NCBI GenBank assembly: GCA_965368975.1
Contig: CBDUPA010000019.1
Location: 32,001-96,000, forward strand
Direction of reading: 5' to 3'
DNA length: 64,000 nt
Source: an uncultured bacterium
GTDB lineage: Bacteria; Acidobacteriota; Thermoanaerobaculia; Multivoradales; JAHZIX01
Both the position numbers and the translations under genes were made by a program. Shown in pieces: positions 46,201-58,200 of the stretch (positions are counted from its first letter, which is position 1; each line of letters begins with the position of its first letter). The notes below the pieces were generated by a model that was not told where the DNA came from, did no database searches, and saw nothing but the letters and a program-made list of their open reading frames with translations.

Positions 46201-49200
46201 TGCCTGTTCAGCGCCCATCACCCGTGAAACCGTCGCCAGCTGGGCCACCGTCGAGTGCGTGAAGAGGTCGCCGAAGCCGATCTCCAATCCTTGCTCGGCC
46301 GCCTGGGCCCCGACGCGCAAGCTGAGGATCGAATCGCCGCCGAGGCTGAAGAAGTTGTCGTGACGCCCGACCCGCTCCAGGCCCAGCACGCGGGCGAACA
46401 CCGCCGCCAGCCGGATCTCCGTCTCCTCCACCGGGGCCTCGTAGGCGATTTCGCGGCTCAGCCCACCGTCCGGCGCCGGCAGAGCGCGCCGATCGACTTT
46501 GCCGTTGGGCAACAAGGGCAAGGCGTCGAGACGCAGCCACAGCGCCGGCACCATGTAGTCCGGCAGGCGGCTGCGCAGGTGAGCTCGGAGGTCTTCCTGC
46601 CAGCTGTCTTCGCCGCGGGTGTCCGACGCGTCCAGGACCACGTAGGCCACCAGGCGCGCGCTGCCGGCAGAGCCCCCGGTGCGGTGCGCGACCACCACGG
46701 CGTCGCGCACCCGCGGGTGCTCGTCGAGCGCCGCTTCGATCTCGCCCAGCTCGATGCGCAACCCGCGGATCTTGACCTGGTGGTCGATACGCCCGAGGAA
46801 GTCGATCTCGCCATCCGGCTTGTAGCGGGCCAGGTCACCCGTCCGGTAGAGACGCGCGCCCCGGTCCAAGCTCTCCCCTTCTCCTCCCCGAGCTGGAACG
46901 AACACTTCCGCCGTCTTGGCAGGGCGTCGCCAGTAGCCGCGAGCCAGCTGGACGCCGCCGATGTGCAGCTCACCACCGACCCCGATCGGTACCGACTCAC
47001 CTTGACGGTCGAGCAGCAGAATTCGCGTGTTGGTCACCGGCCGGCCGATGGGCACACCGGCAGCGAGCTCGTCCGGCGTGCAGCAGTGGTAGGTGACGTC
47101 GACGGCGGCTTCGGTGGGACCGTAGAGATTGTGGAGACCGGCTCCCGGCAAGCCAGCATCGCTCAGGAGCGGCAAGGGCAAGCGCTGCAACAGGCGACGC
47201 GCCAGGGGACCCGAGAGCGCTTCACCGCTGGTCACGACGCGGCGCAGCGAACGGCACGCCGGCAGATCCGGCTGGTCGACGAAGACCTGCAGGAGCGACG
47301 GCACGAAGTGCAGCGTGGTGATCGCCTGGCGGCGGATCAGCCAGGTCAGGTAGGCCGGATCCTTGTGCCCGCCGGGCTTGGCCAGCACCAGGCGCACGCC
47401 TTCGAGCAGCGGCCAGAAGAACTCCCACACCGAGACGTCGAAGCTGGCTGGCGTCTTCTGCAACACCACGTCGCCCGCATCGCCACCTGTACCCGGAGTG
47501 CCGGCATTCAGCTGGTACTGCTGCTGCATCCAGGCCAGGCGGTTGCAGATCGCGCGGTGGCTGTTCATCGCGCCCTTGGGCTTGCCGGTCGAGCCGGAGG
47601 TGTAGATGACGTACGCGAGATGCTCCGGCTTCGACTCCGTCCACGGCTGCATCTCATCGGGGGCCGCGGCCAGGTCGGTGTGCGAGTCCGGCATCTCGAC
47701 GCCACCGTCCGGCGCCAAGCGCAGCACCGCGGCACCACGATCGACGGCCTGCTGTTGCAGCTGCGGCACGGCGTGGGGCTGCACGAGCAGAATGCCACCC
47801 TGGTCGCTACTCTGCTCGCTGCCCTGGTCGCTGGTGGGGTCGTCGTGGCCCAGTTGGTTGGCCCAGGCATCGTCGAGCATGAAGGCAAGGCGCTCGTGCG
47901 GATAGTCGGGATCGAGAGGGACATAGGCCGCTCCGGCGCGCAGCACGCCGAGCAGGGCGACCATCAACTCCGGCGAGCGCTGTAGACACACCGCCACTAC
48001 CTGGTCCGGGCCAGCCCCGACTCGACGCAGCCGCGCGGCCAGCGCCGTGGCACGGCGATCCAGCTCGCCAAAGCTGAGCCAACGCCGGCCGCAGACGACG
48101 GCGGTCCGCTCCGGCACTCGACGCGCGCGGGCGGCGATGCGTTCGTGCAGCACTGCGGGTTCCCGGCCGGGGTGCTCGGCAAGGTTGGGCGTCTCGTTCC
48201 ACTCGATGAGGAGCTGATGACTCTCGGACTTGCCGAGCAGCGACAGCGCCTCGATCGGCAAGTTCGCCCGTGAAGAGTCCTCCTCGCCGACCGACGCCAG
48301 ACCTTCGAGCAGACGGAGCAAGTGCCCGAGCAGTCGCAGCGCCTCGGTCGACACGAAACGCGAGCGCTGGGACAGCAGGCGCAGTTCCAGACGCTGGTCG
48401 CGCCCCGGCACCACCAGCAGGCTGAGCGGATAGTGCGGCTGTTCGCGTGCCGCCACCTCCTCGACCTGCAAGCTCGAAGGCTCGTTGGATGCGCTGTGAT
48501 CGGCTTCCAAGGGATAATTCTCGAACGCCAGCAAGGTCTCGAACAGCGACCGGCCGGCCGGCACCTGGCTCCAGGCCTGCAGCCGCGCCGGAGGCGTCGC
48601 CTCGTAGGCCCGCTGCTCGACCTGGGCCCGCTGCAACGCCTGCAGCCAGGGAACCAGCGGTCGACCGTCGAAGTGCACGCGCACCGGCAGCGTGTTGATG
48701 AACAGGCCAACCATCTCTTCGATACCCGGCAGCGGCGCCGAACGACCCGCGGTCACGGCACCAAAGACGACATCGGGAACACCTCCATCCGATGCCCCCT
48801 CCGTAACACCGGCATGCACCGCCAGCAAGCGGGCCCAGGCGCCCTGGAACAACGTGTTGAGGGTCAGACGGTGGCGGCGTGCGAAGGCTTCGAGTGCCTG
48901 TACCAGGTCGTGGGACAGCGGCTGTCGACGGTCGTCGAACGCATGGCCTTCGTCGGCTCTTCCATCACCAGAGGCCACAACAGCACCCGACGTCGGCCCT
49001 GACGCCGGCAGGGGCGTCGGCTCGTCGAAGCCGGCCAGGTAGGCGCGCCAGAAACGCTCCTCGGCCGTCGCGTCGCGACCTTCCAGGTACTCGGCGTAGC
49101 GCTGGAACGGTGGTGGTGGCGGCGCCAGTGCGGCGCCGGCATAGAGCGCCCGCACTTCGCCCAGCAAGCGCGGCAGCGACCAGCCGTCCATCAACGCGTG

Positions 49201-52200
49201 GTGATGACTCCACAGGAAGCGGTAGCGCGTCGCCCCCTCCGCCTGTGAAGACGTCAACGCTGCGAACTCACGCGCCAGCAGCAGCCGCATCAGCGGCGCG
49301 GCACCGGCGGCAAAACCCTGGCGACGGTCGGCGTCGGCGAGGCCCTGCCACTCTGCCACACGGACAGGTTCCGGCAAGCGGCTCAGGTCGACTACCTGCA
49401 GCGGCAGCGGGTGCAGCGCCAGCGGGGATCCGCCGTCCGCCAAAGAATCTGACCAGGAATCCGACCAGGACGGCCACGCCCGCACCGCCTGCAGCGGCGT
49501 CTCGGTGTCGAGCGCGAAGAAGCCGGTGCGCAGGACCGCGTGGCGCTCGAGTAGCTGGTGCCAGGCGCGGTGGAAGGCCTGCACATCGAGGCCCGGGGCC
49601 AGGCGCAGCGTCAGCTGCTGGACGTAGAGCCCCTGGCCCGGCGCGCGCAAGCTGTGGAATAGCATGCCCTGCTGCATCGGCGTCACGGGATAGATGGCTT
49701 CGGGACGCCGGCCGTCGAGCGTCATGCGGACTAGCAGGTCGCGTGCGGCTGCCGCCAGCTCTTCGAGTGCCGAGGTCAGGCCATCGAGCAGCAGCTCGAC
49801 GGTCGCCCGCTGATGCCGGCTCGGCGCATAGCGCAGCGTCATTTCCAGGCGACCTTCGCGCACCGCGGCTTGCAGCTCCAACGCCAGGGGCCGCGGCAGC
49901 TCGGGGTCGACCTGCGGGCCGATCCAGGCCGGCACGTCCAGCCTCGGCTCCCAGAGCTGCGAACCGCCGGCAGCGTCGAGACGTCCCAGGTAGTTGAAAC
50001 CCAGGGTCGGCCGCGCCTTGGGGATCGGCGTCGGGAGCCCCTGCAGCACGCCCCATTCCGCGCGGCCATCCAGGCCGGCCAAGGCCCCCATTTCTGAGGA
50101 ATGACCGTCTGAGGCATGACTATCCGTAGCGTCACCCGGCCCGGGAGCGACACCGCGACGCAGCTCGTCCTGCGCCGTCCGTACCTTTTGTAGCGCCTCT
50201 GCCGGCTTCGCCGTGCCAGCACTCGCAGGCTGCAGCACCAGCGGAGTCTGCACGGTGAACCAGCCCGCGGTTCGGCTGACGTCGAGGGCACCGTCCAGCA
50301 ACACGTCGCGACCGTGGCCTTCGAGCTCGACCAGCAGAACCGGATGCCGCCGGTGCTGGCCTTCTGCCGGGCCGTCTGCTGGCTTCTCGAGTGGCTCCGC
50401 CTGCAGGTGTCGCGGCCAGGCGCGCAGCAGGGCGCTGAGCACGGCGTCGGCCAGGCTGCCGCCGTAGACACTCAGCGCATCCGTCAGCAGCGTTCCGGTG
50501 AGGTCGGTACTGAGGCGCCGCTCGACGCTCGCCTGCCGACCGAAGGTGTCAACTTCGGGCGAAGCAGTTTCGCGAGCAGCTCGGACATCTTCGGGCAGGT
50601 GCAGCACCGGCGCCGCCAGGTATGCCGCCCAGGCTGCCGCCCGTGCGGGAGCTTCCGGTGCCGCCGCGAGCTCGGCCAGGTGGCGACTCCAGGCGGTCCA
50701 GGGCGCCGTCTTGGGTGGTAGTCGACGCTCCAGGACGAGTGATTCCAGGTCGTCGAGCAGCAGGCGCCACGAGACCGCGTCGACCACCAGGTGGTGGCAC
50801 AGCCAGATCAGATACTCCTGAATGGGCGACTCCTCACGAGGAGATACACCCAGGACATGCAGCAGCCGCACCAGCGGTCCGCGTGCCGCGTCGAACGACG
50901 CCTGCGCTCGCGTCGCCAGGCGCTGCGCTTCGGCGGGCCGCCTCTCGGCGGGCAGGCCGCGCAGGTCGAGACAGGCGTACGGCGTTTCCGCGCGCGCCAG
51001 CGGCGGCAGGATCAGCGGCTCGCCAGCATTGTCCTCGGTTGCGGAGGCCCCTTCCGCCGGGACCCGCCAGACCAGGCGCAGCGCGTCGTGGTGACGCAGC
51101 AGACGGCCGAGCGCTCGATCGAGATGCCCCGGAGACACCTGGCGAGACGGCTGCAGCAACAAGGCTTGGTTGAAGTGAGCGGGCGCCCCGAGATTTCGCC
51201 ACCAGCGCTGGATCGGGGTCGGCGGTGTTGGGCCACTCACGGGACCCTGCTCCGCCTCGGGGCGAGCGCGCTCGGGCGACGCTTGCAGGTGCGCGGCCAG
51301 GCGGGCGACGCTCGGGTGTGCGAAGACGTCGCGCGCGTCCAGCTGCACTCCGGCTTGCTGCGCGCGGGCCACCAGCTGGATGGTCAGGATGGAGTCACCA
51401 CCCAGGGCGAAGAAATCGGCCTCGGCGTCGAAGGCTTCCAGATCCAGTTCCGCGCCTGCTGCCTGCAGGCCCAGCACTTGGATCCAGATCTCGGCCAGGC
51501 GACGCTCGAGGTCGCCCGCGGGTGGCCGGCCTACGGTACGGGTCGCACCCGCAGCACTCCCAACCCCGCCAAGCGCCGCCGAGCTGAGCTGCGGTGCCGG
51601 CAAGGCTTTCATGTCGAGCTTGCCACTGGCCAGCAAGGGCACGGTGTCCAGCACCACGAAGGCGGCCGGCACCGCGTAGTCCGGCAGGTGGGCCGCCGCC
51701 AGCTGGCGCAGGTCGTCGGCGGCCGGATCGGCGCTGCCCGCCGGCGTCACGTAGGCGGTCAGCAGGCGCTCGCCGGGGTGATCCTTGCGCAGCACCACCG
51801 CCGCCTCGCGCACCGCCGGGTGCTGGCGCAGCACGGCCTCGATCTCGGCCGGTTCCAGGCGGAAGCCGCGCAGCTTGATCTGGCGGTCGGCACGGCCCAG
51901 GAACTCCAGCTCGCCGCGAAAATCGCGCCGGGCCAGGTCTCCGGTGCGATAGAGCCGGCCACCTGCCACGCTGGCTTCGACGCCATCCGGAACGAACGCT
52001 TCGATGCCATCCGGAACAAACACCGTCGCCGTCTGCGCCGGACGGCCGAGATAGCCGCGTGCCACGCCGGGCCCACCGAGCACCAACTCGCCAGCGACGC
52101 CGCGCGGCACCGGTTGCTGGCCCAGTGCCTCCGCACCTGTCGCCAGCAGGTACAGGCGGACTCCGGCCAGGGGGTGTCCCAAGCGCAGGTTGCCCTGGCT

Positions 52201-55200
52201 TGCCGGAGCGGCGCCAGCGGAACGGCGCAGCACGTCCAGGTTGCGCGCCTCGATGGCGGTCGCGGTGACGGTGGTTTCGGTCGGGCCATAGGACGACAAG
52301 AAGTCCATCGGCCAGGGTGCCAGCCCGGCCCAGGTGCGCAGGTGCGCGTGTGGCACGCTCTCGCCACCGGTCAGGCACAGGCGCAGACGGCGCGGCAGCG
52401 GCAGGCCGTGGGCCGCCGTGTCGTCGACCCAGGCGCGCCACAGCGCAGCCGGCAGGTCGAGCACCGTCAAGCCATGGCGCGCGGCGTAGCCGAGCAGAGC
52501 CCGCCCGACCAGCAGGCGCGGCTGGCGCGGGATCAGCAACCCGGCACCGGCGCCGAGCGCCGGGAAGGTCTGCAGAACCGAGGCGTCGAAGCTGAGCGGC
52601 GCGAAGAGCATCAGGCGGTCCGCGGGAGTGAGCGCGAGCTGCCGGCGGAAGGTGGCGGCGAAGCCACCGGCGGAGGCCTGGCTGATCACGACGCCCTTGG
52701 CGGCACCCGTGGTGCCGGAGGTGTAGATCACGTAGGCGGCCGCCTGCGGATGGACCAGGCCCTGCTCCACCGCGACCGCCGCCGCATCCACCTCGTCGGC
52801 ATCGTCCTGAGGAGCGTCGTCCGACGTGGCATCCTCCAAGCGTGCCACCGTGGCGACACCCAACTCGGCCGCGAGAGCGGCATGCTCGGCGTCGGTCAAG
52901 ACCACGGCGAAGGCGGCGTCGGCGGCGAGCTGCTGCAAGCGCGACGGCGGAGCTTGGGGATCCACCGGCACGTACGCGGCGCCCGCCATGAGCACGCCGA
53001 GAATGCCGGTGAGGGCCCGCGGCGTGCGCTCGGCGAGCAGGCCGACGCGATCGTCCAGGCCGACCCCGGCCGCGCGCAGTCTGCCGGCGACGGCACGCGC
53101 GCCACAGACGAGCGCGGCGAAGCTGAGGTGGTGACGACCGGCGAGCAGGGCCACGGCGTCCGGACGCTGCGTCGCCTGCGCCACGACCGGCCCGTGTAGG
53201 CTGGGGCCGTGTAGGCTGGGGTCGGGCGAGTGAGGTACCGGGAGACCCTGGTATTCGAACAACAGTGCCTGGCGCTCGGTCGGCGGCAAGGCAGGCAGTG
53301 CCCCGAGTCGTGTCTCGCTGTCGACCGCCGCCGGCAACACCGTCCCGAGCAGCCAGTGCAGCTGGTGCAGCAGGGCACCGACCGCGACCGGCTCGAAGGC
53401 CTGCCACTGCGCGTCCAACTTCAGGTGCAAGCCCGCCGCCGCGCCGTCGGCACCCGCCGCCGGCTCGGCGATCAGGGTCAGGGGATAGTTCGTCTGCTCG
53501 CGCATGTGGGCGCGCCGGACGCGCAAGTCCTGCCCAGCCTGCTGGCTGGCGAGACGGTCGACCGGGTAGTTTTCGAACACCAGCAAGGTGTCGAACAGCT
53601 GCTCACCGGCAGGCAGGGGGCTCCAGCGCTGGACGTCGGCGAGCGCGACGTACTCGTGCTCGCGCACCTGCGCCTGTCGCGTCTGCTGCTGGTGCAGCCA
53701 CGACGTCACACGCTGGCTCGGTGCCAGGCTCAGGCGCACCGGCAAGGTGTTGATGAACAGCCCGACCATCTGGTCGATGCCGGACAGGTCAGCCTCGCGT
53801 CCCGACGACACGGCGCCGAAGACGATGTCCCGGTCGCCGCTGAAGCGTCCCAGCACCAGGCCCCAGGCTGCCTGCACCCAGGTGTTGAGCGTGACCCCGG
53901 CGTGGCGCGCGGCGGCGCTGACGGCCTCGGCCTGAGCGGCGCTCAGGTGCACCGAGCGCGCGAAATGGCCACCGTCTTGCTTGCCGGTCTCGGAACGGTC
54001 GTCCGTGCCCGCTTCCGCGGTGCTTGCTTCCACGGGCCGCTGTACAGCCAGCCGCGTGGGGGCACGCAAGCCGTCCAGGGTCGTGCGCCAGAACGTCTCC
54101 GCGGCGGCAGGATCACGCTCGGCCAGATCGCGCTCAGCCAACCAGGCGATGAAGTCGCGGTACGGACGAGCCGGAGCCAGGGACGTCGATGCGCCTCTCC
54201 GGCCTTCGCCCGTGGCGCGGGCACGACTTCCTGCCGCATAATGGGCAAGATCACCCGCCAGATCCCGGATCAGCAGGGCCATGGACCAGCCATCGAGCAG
54301 CAGGTGGTGGTGACTGCACAGCAACGCCGGTCCTTCCTCAGCGCGCGAGATCCACAGTAGGCGCAGCAAGGGCGGTCTCTGCAGGTCGAAGCCATGGCGG
54401 CGATCGGCAGCCAGCAGCTGGTCGAGTGCCCACGCGCAATCGTCGGTGCGCAGACCGTCGAGTTCGATACGGCTCCAGGGCAGCGGCACCTGGCGGTAGA
54501 CCGCCTGCAACGGCTGCGACCGATCCAGCCCCAGGATGCCGGTGCGCAACATCGGCTGCCGCGCCAGCAGTCGACGCCAGGCGGCAGCCATTGCGAGAGG
54601 AAGCGCCGCGGCGTCGAAGCTACCGTCGGTTTGCGGCTCCAGTTCGAGCAACATCTGCCCGACGTAGGCACCGTCGGTGGGGGCCTGCAGGCTGTGAAAA
54701 ATCATGCCGCGCTGCATCGGTGCCAGCGGATACAGATCCTCGATCGCTCCCCCCGCACGCTCTTGCAGCGACAGCAGCTGCGCGGTCTCGGCGGGATTGT
54801 CCGCGAAGCCCGCCAGCGGCACGTCCTCGGGCCACAGGCGCAGAGCCTGGGCCGAGTCGCCGTACTGCACCAGCTCGGCCAGGCGCTGACGGAAGCGCTC
54901 GGCACGCGCCGGCATGCTCGCCCCGGCTTCAGCGCCGTCCGGATAGGTCCAGCGCAAGCACAGCCGGCCTTCGATCACCGCGCCGTTGATCTCGTACGCG
55001 TGCGGACGCGGCTGCCGTGGGCTGCGCAGGCTCCGCACGGGTCGATCCAGAGGCTGCCACCGTCCCGCCTCTCCGGAACCGGACTGGCCGGAACCGGCCC
55101 GGCCGCTGCCCGTCAAGCCAGCGCCACCTGCCTGGCCGAGATAGTTGAACACCAGGTGCCGGGGCGGCAGGTTGGCCAGTGCCTTGGACGCGTGCGGCGG

Positions 55201-58200
55201 TCCCAGGTAGCGCACGATGCCGAAGGGAATGCCCCCCTCCGGCAGGGCTCGCAGCTGCCGCCGCACGCTGCGCAGGTCCGCGGCCGCCTCCGGCGCTTCA
55301 TCCAGGGGCAGCAAGACCGGGAACAACGCGGTGAACCAGCCGGCGACGTCGCTGCACTCGACACCGGGCAGATCGCGCCCGTGCCGCTCCAGGTCCAGCC
55401 AAAGAGCTGTGCTTTCGGCGCGGTCGGGCCAGGCGCGCGCCAGCACAGCGAGCAAGACCTCGTCGACCTTCATGCGCAGACGGCTGCTTACCGGACCGAG
55501 CAGACGCGTGGTCAGCTCGCGGTCGAACTCGACGTCGAGACTGGCGGTGCGCTGTGGCTCGGCGGCTTCGACCGCCGTGGGCAGAATCGTCGACGGACGT
55601 GACCCCAACCACGGCTCCAGCCAGCACAGCGCGCCGTCCAGGGTGCGGGAATCGTGCGCCAGACGGACCTGGGCCTGCGCCCAGTCGCGGAAGCTCGCCG
55701 ACGACCGTGCCGCAGCCCCGAACTCGCTGCCTGCCGCGGAGGCCAGAGCCGCGTAGCCCGCAGCCACATCGGAGAGCAGCAGACGCCAGGTCACGCCATC
55801 GACCACCAGGTGGTGGGCACACCACAGCAGCTCGGCCGGCGCGGTGCCGTAGGTGAGCAAGAGCACGCGCAGCAGCGGCCCGCGCGCGAGGTCGAAGCGA
55901 CCCTGAAGGGCCTCGCCCAGGCGCCGGGCTTCCGACTCACGCGCGGCCGGCGCCAGGCGTTCGAGATCGACATGCACCAGGCTGTCGAGCTGGCGCGCTT
56001 CAGCTCGCGACGCGTAGCGCTGCTGCCAGGTGCCACCGTCCTTGCCCGGACGCTGATCGAAGCGCAGACGCAGCGCGTCGTGACGTTCGGGCAGCTGCCG
56101 CAAGACCCGTCGCAGCAACGCCGGATCGAGCGGCGGATCGCCAGCGTCGCGCAGCCACCACGCCTGGTTGAAGTGGTGCGGGTCGCGCACGCCGGGACGC
56201 AGGAACCAGTGCTGGATCGGCGTCAGCGGAACCGGCCCCTCGAGCAGCCTGTCGGAACTGGGAGTGGTGGCGAAAGCTGGACCGGACTCGGCGACAGCGA
56301 CTCCCCCGCTACCCTGCTCCACGCCACTCTGCTGCAGGAGGGCCGCCAGCGCTCCCAGCGTCGGGTGCTCGAAGAGTTGACGCGGCGTCAGCGTGAGGCC
56401 GGCCTTGCGCGCCTGCGACACGACCTGGATGCTGAGGATCGAGTCGCCACCCAGCTCGAAGAAATGGGCATCGGCTCCCGGCAGGGTCTCCAGCCCCAGA
56501 ACCTGCTGCCACACTTCGGCCAGGCGAGCCCCCGTCGAGCCGAGCGTCGCAGAGGCCTCGGCCGTTCGCTCGAGGGCCGTGTCCTGCGCAGCTCCGTCCA
56601 TGGCCGTGCCTTCCATGGCCGTGCCTTCCATAGGGAGTGACCGCCGCGCCAGTTGGCTGCGGTCCACCTTGCCGTTGGGCAGCTGCGGCAAGGTCTCCAG
56701 CATCTCGATGCGCGACGGCACCATGTAGACCGGTAGACGGGTCCCGAGATGTGCCAGCAGGCGTCGACGCAGGCCATCCTCGTCCGGACTGTTCGCGACG
56801 CTGTCGCCTCGCTCCGCGGCCGGCTCGACGTAGGCGACCAAGCGCGTGCCCGCGTGCACCACGGTCACCGCGCGGCGCACCTCCGGGTGGCCGGCCAGCA
56901 GCGACTCGATCTCGCCCAGCTCGATGCGGAACCCGCGCAGCTTCACCTGGTGGTCGAGACGGCCCAGGTAGTCGAGTCGACCGTCGGCCAGGCGCCGCAC
57001 CAGATCGCCAGTGCGGTACATCCGCGAACCGCCTATTCTCAGCGCGGCACCATCACGGTCCGATTCGTGCCTGCACGGGCGTCCAGCGGCCAGCCCGGTG
57101 GCCAGCCCAGCGGCGAGTGCCGTAGCAAGTACTGGCACCGCGGGCAGGAAACGCTCAGCGGTCAGTGCCGGCCGCCCCAGGTAGCCGCGAGCGAGTCCGC
57201 CACCACTGAGATGCAGATCTCCCGCGACGCCGACCGGCTGCACGCGCGCATGGCGATCGAGAACGGCGGCGGTGGTCCCGGGCAGCGGCAGACCGAGTGT
57301 CACGCGCACGCCGTCTGGCGTGGACTTCAGCCGCGTGCCGGTCGAATAGGTCGTGTCTTCGGACGGGCCGTAGAGGTTGCGCAGCTCGACCCGCGGACGC
57401 AGCTGCAGCAGCTGCCCCGCAAGCGTCGGCGGCAACGGCTCTCCCGCCAGGTTGACCGCAGCCAGCGCCGGCGGCAGTGCGGCTTCTCCGTCTTGCTCCA
57501 GCGCCACCAGGGCGGTGAGTGCCGAGGGCACCGTGTTGACCAGCGAGACGCGCGCGGCGGCACGCAGGTGCGGCAGCTGCAAGGCGTTGGCCGCGAGCAC
57601 GACGCTGCCGCCGTGGACCAGCGGCGTGAAGAGTTCGAACACCGACAGGTCGAAGCACACCGACGTCGCCGCCAGGGTGCCCGCGAGCTGCGCCGCCGTG
57701 AAGGTCTGCCCGGCCCAGCGCATGCGCGCCACGGCCCGCCTGTGCTCGATCGCCACTCCCTTGGGCTTGCCGGTCGAGCCCGAGGTATAGATGACGTACG
57801 CTAGGCGCTCCGGACGGCTGTGATCCGGGAAGTTGTCCAGAGAATCGGCCAGGCTCGCCCCGGTCCGCTGCTCCTCCTCTGCGAGCGACACCTCTGCGAG
57901 CGACACCTCCACCAGCAACGCCGGATCCACCACCTCCACACCCGACGAACTCTCGCCACCGTCGCTGATCAGCAGCAGCGCGGCACCGGAGTCCTGCAGC
58001 ATGAAGACGGTGCGCTCGGCCGGATAGGCCGGATCGAGGGGGACATAGGCCGCCCCGGCGCGCAGCACGCCGAGCAGGCTCTCGACCAGCAGCGGTGTTC
58101 GCGGCAAGGCGACGCCGACGCGGGGCTCCGCCTCGGAACCCGTCAAGGCCTCCGCTGGCGCGATTCGGTCTGCGACCCCGGTAGCAATGCGGCCGGCACG

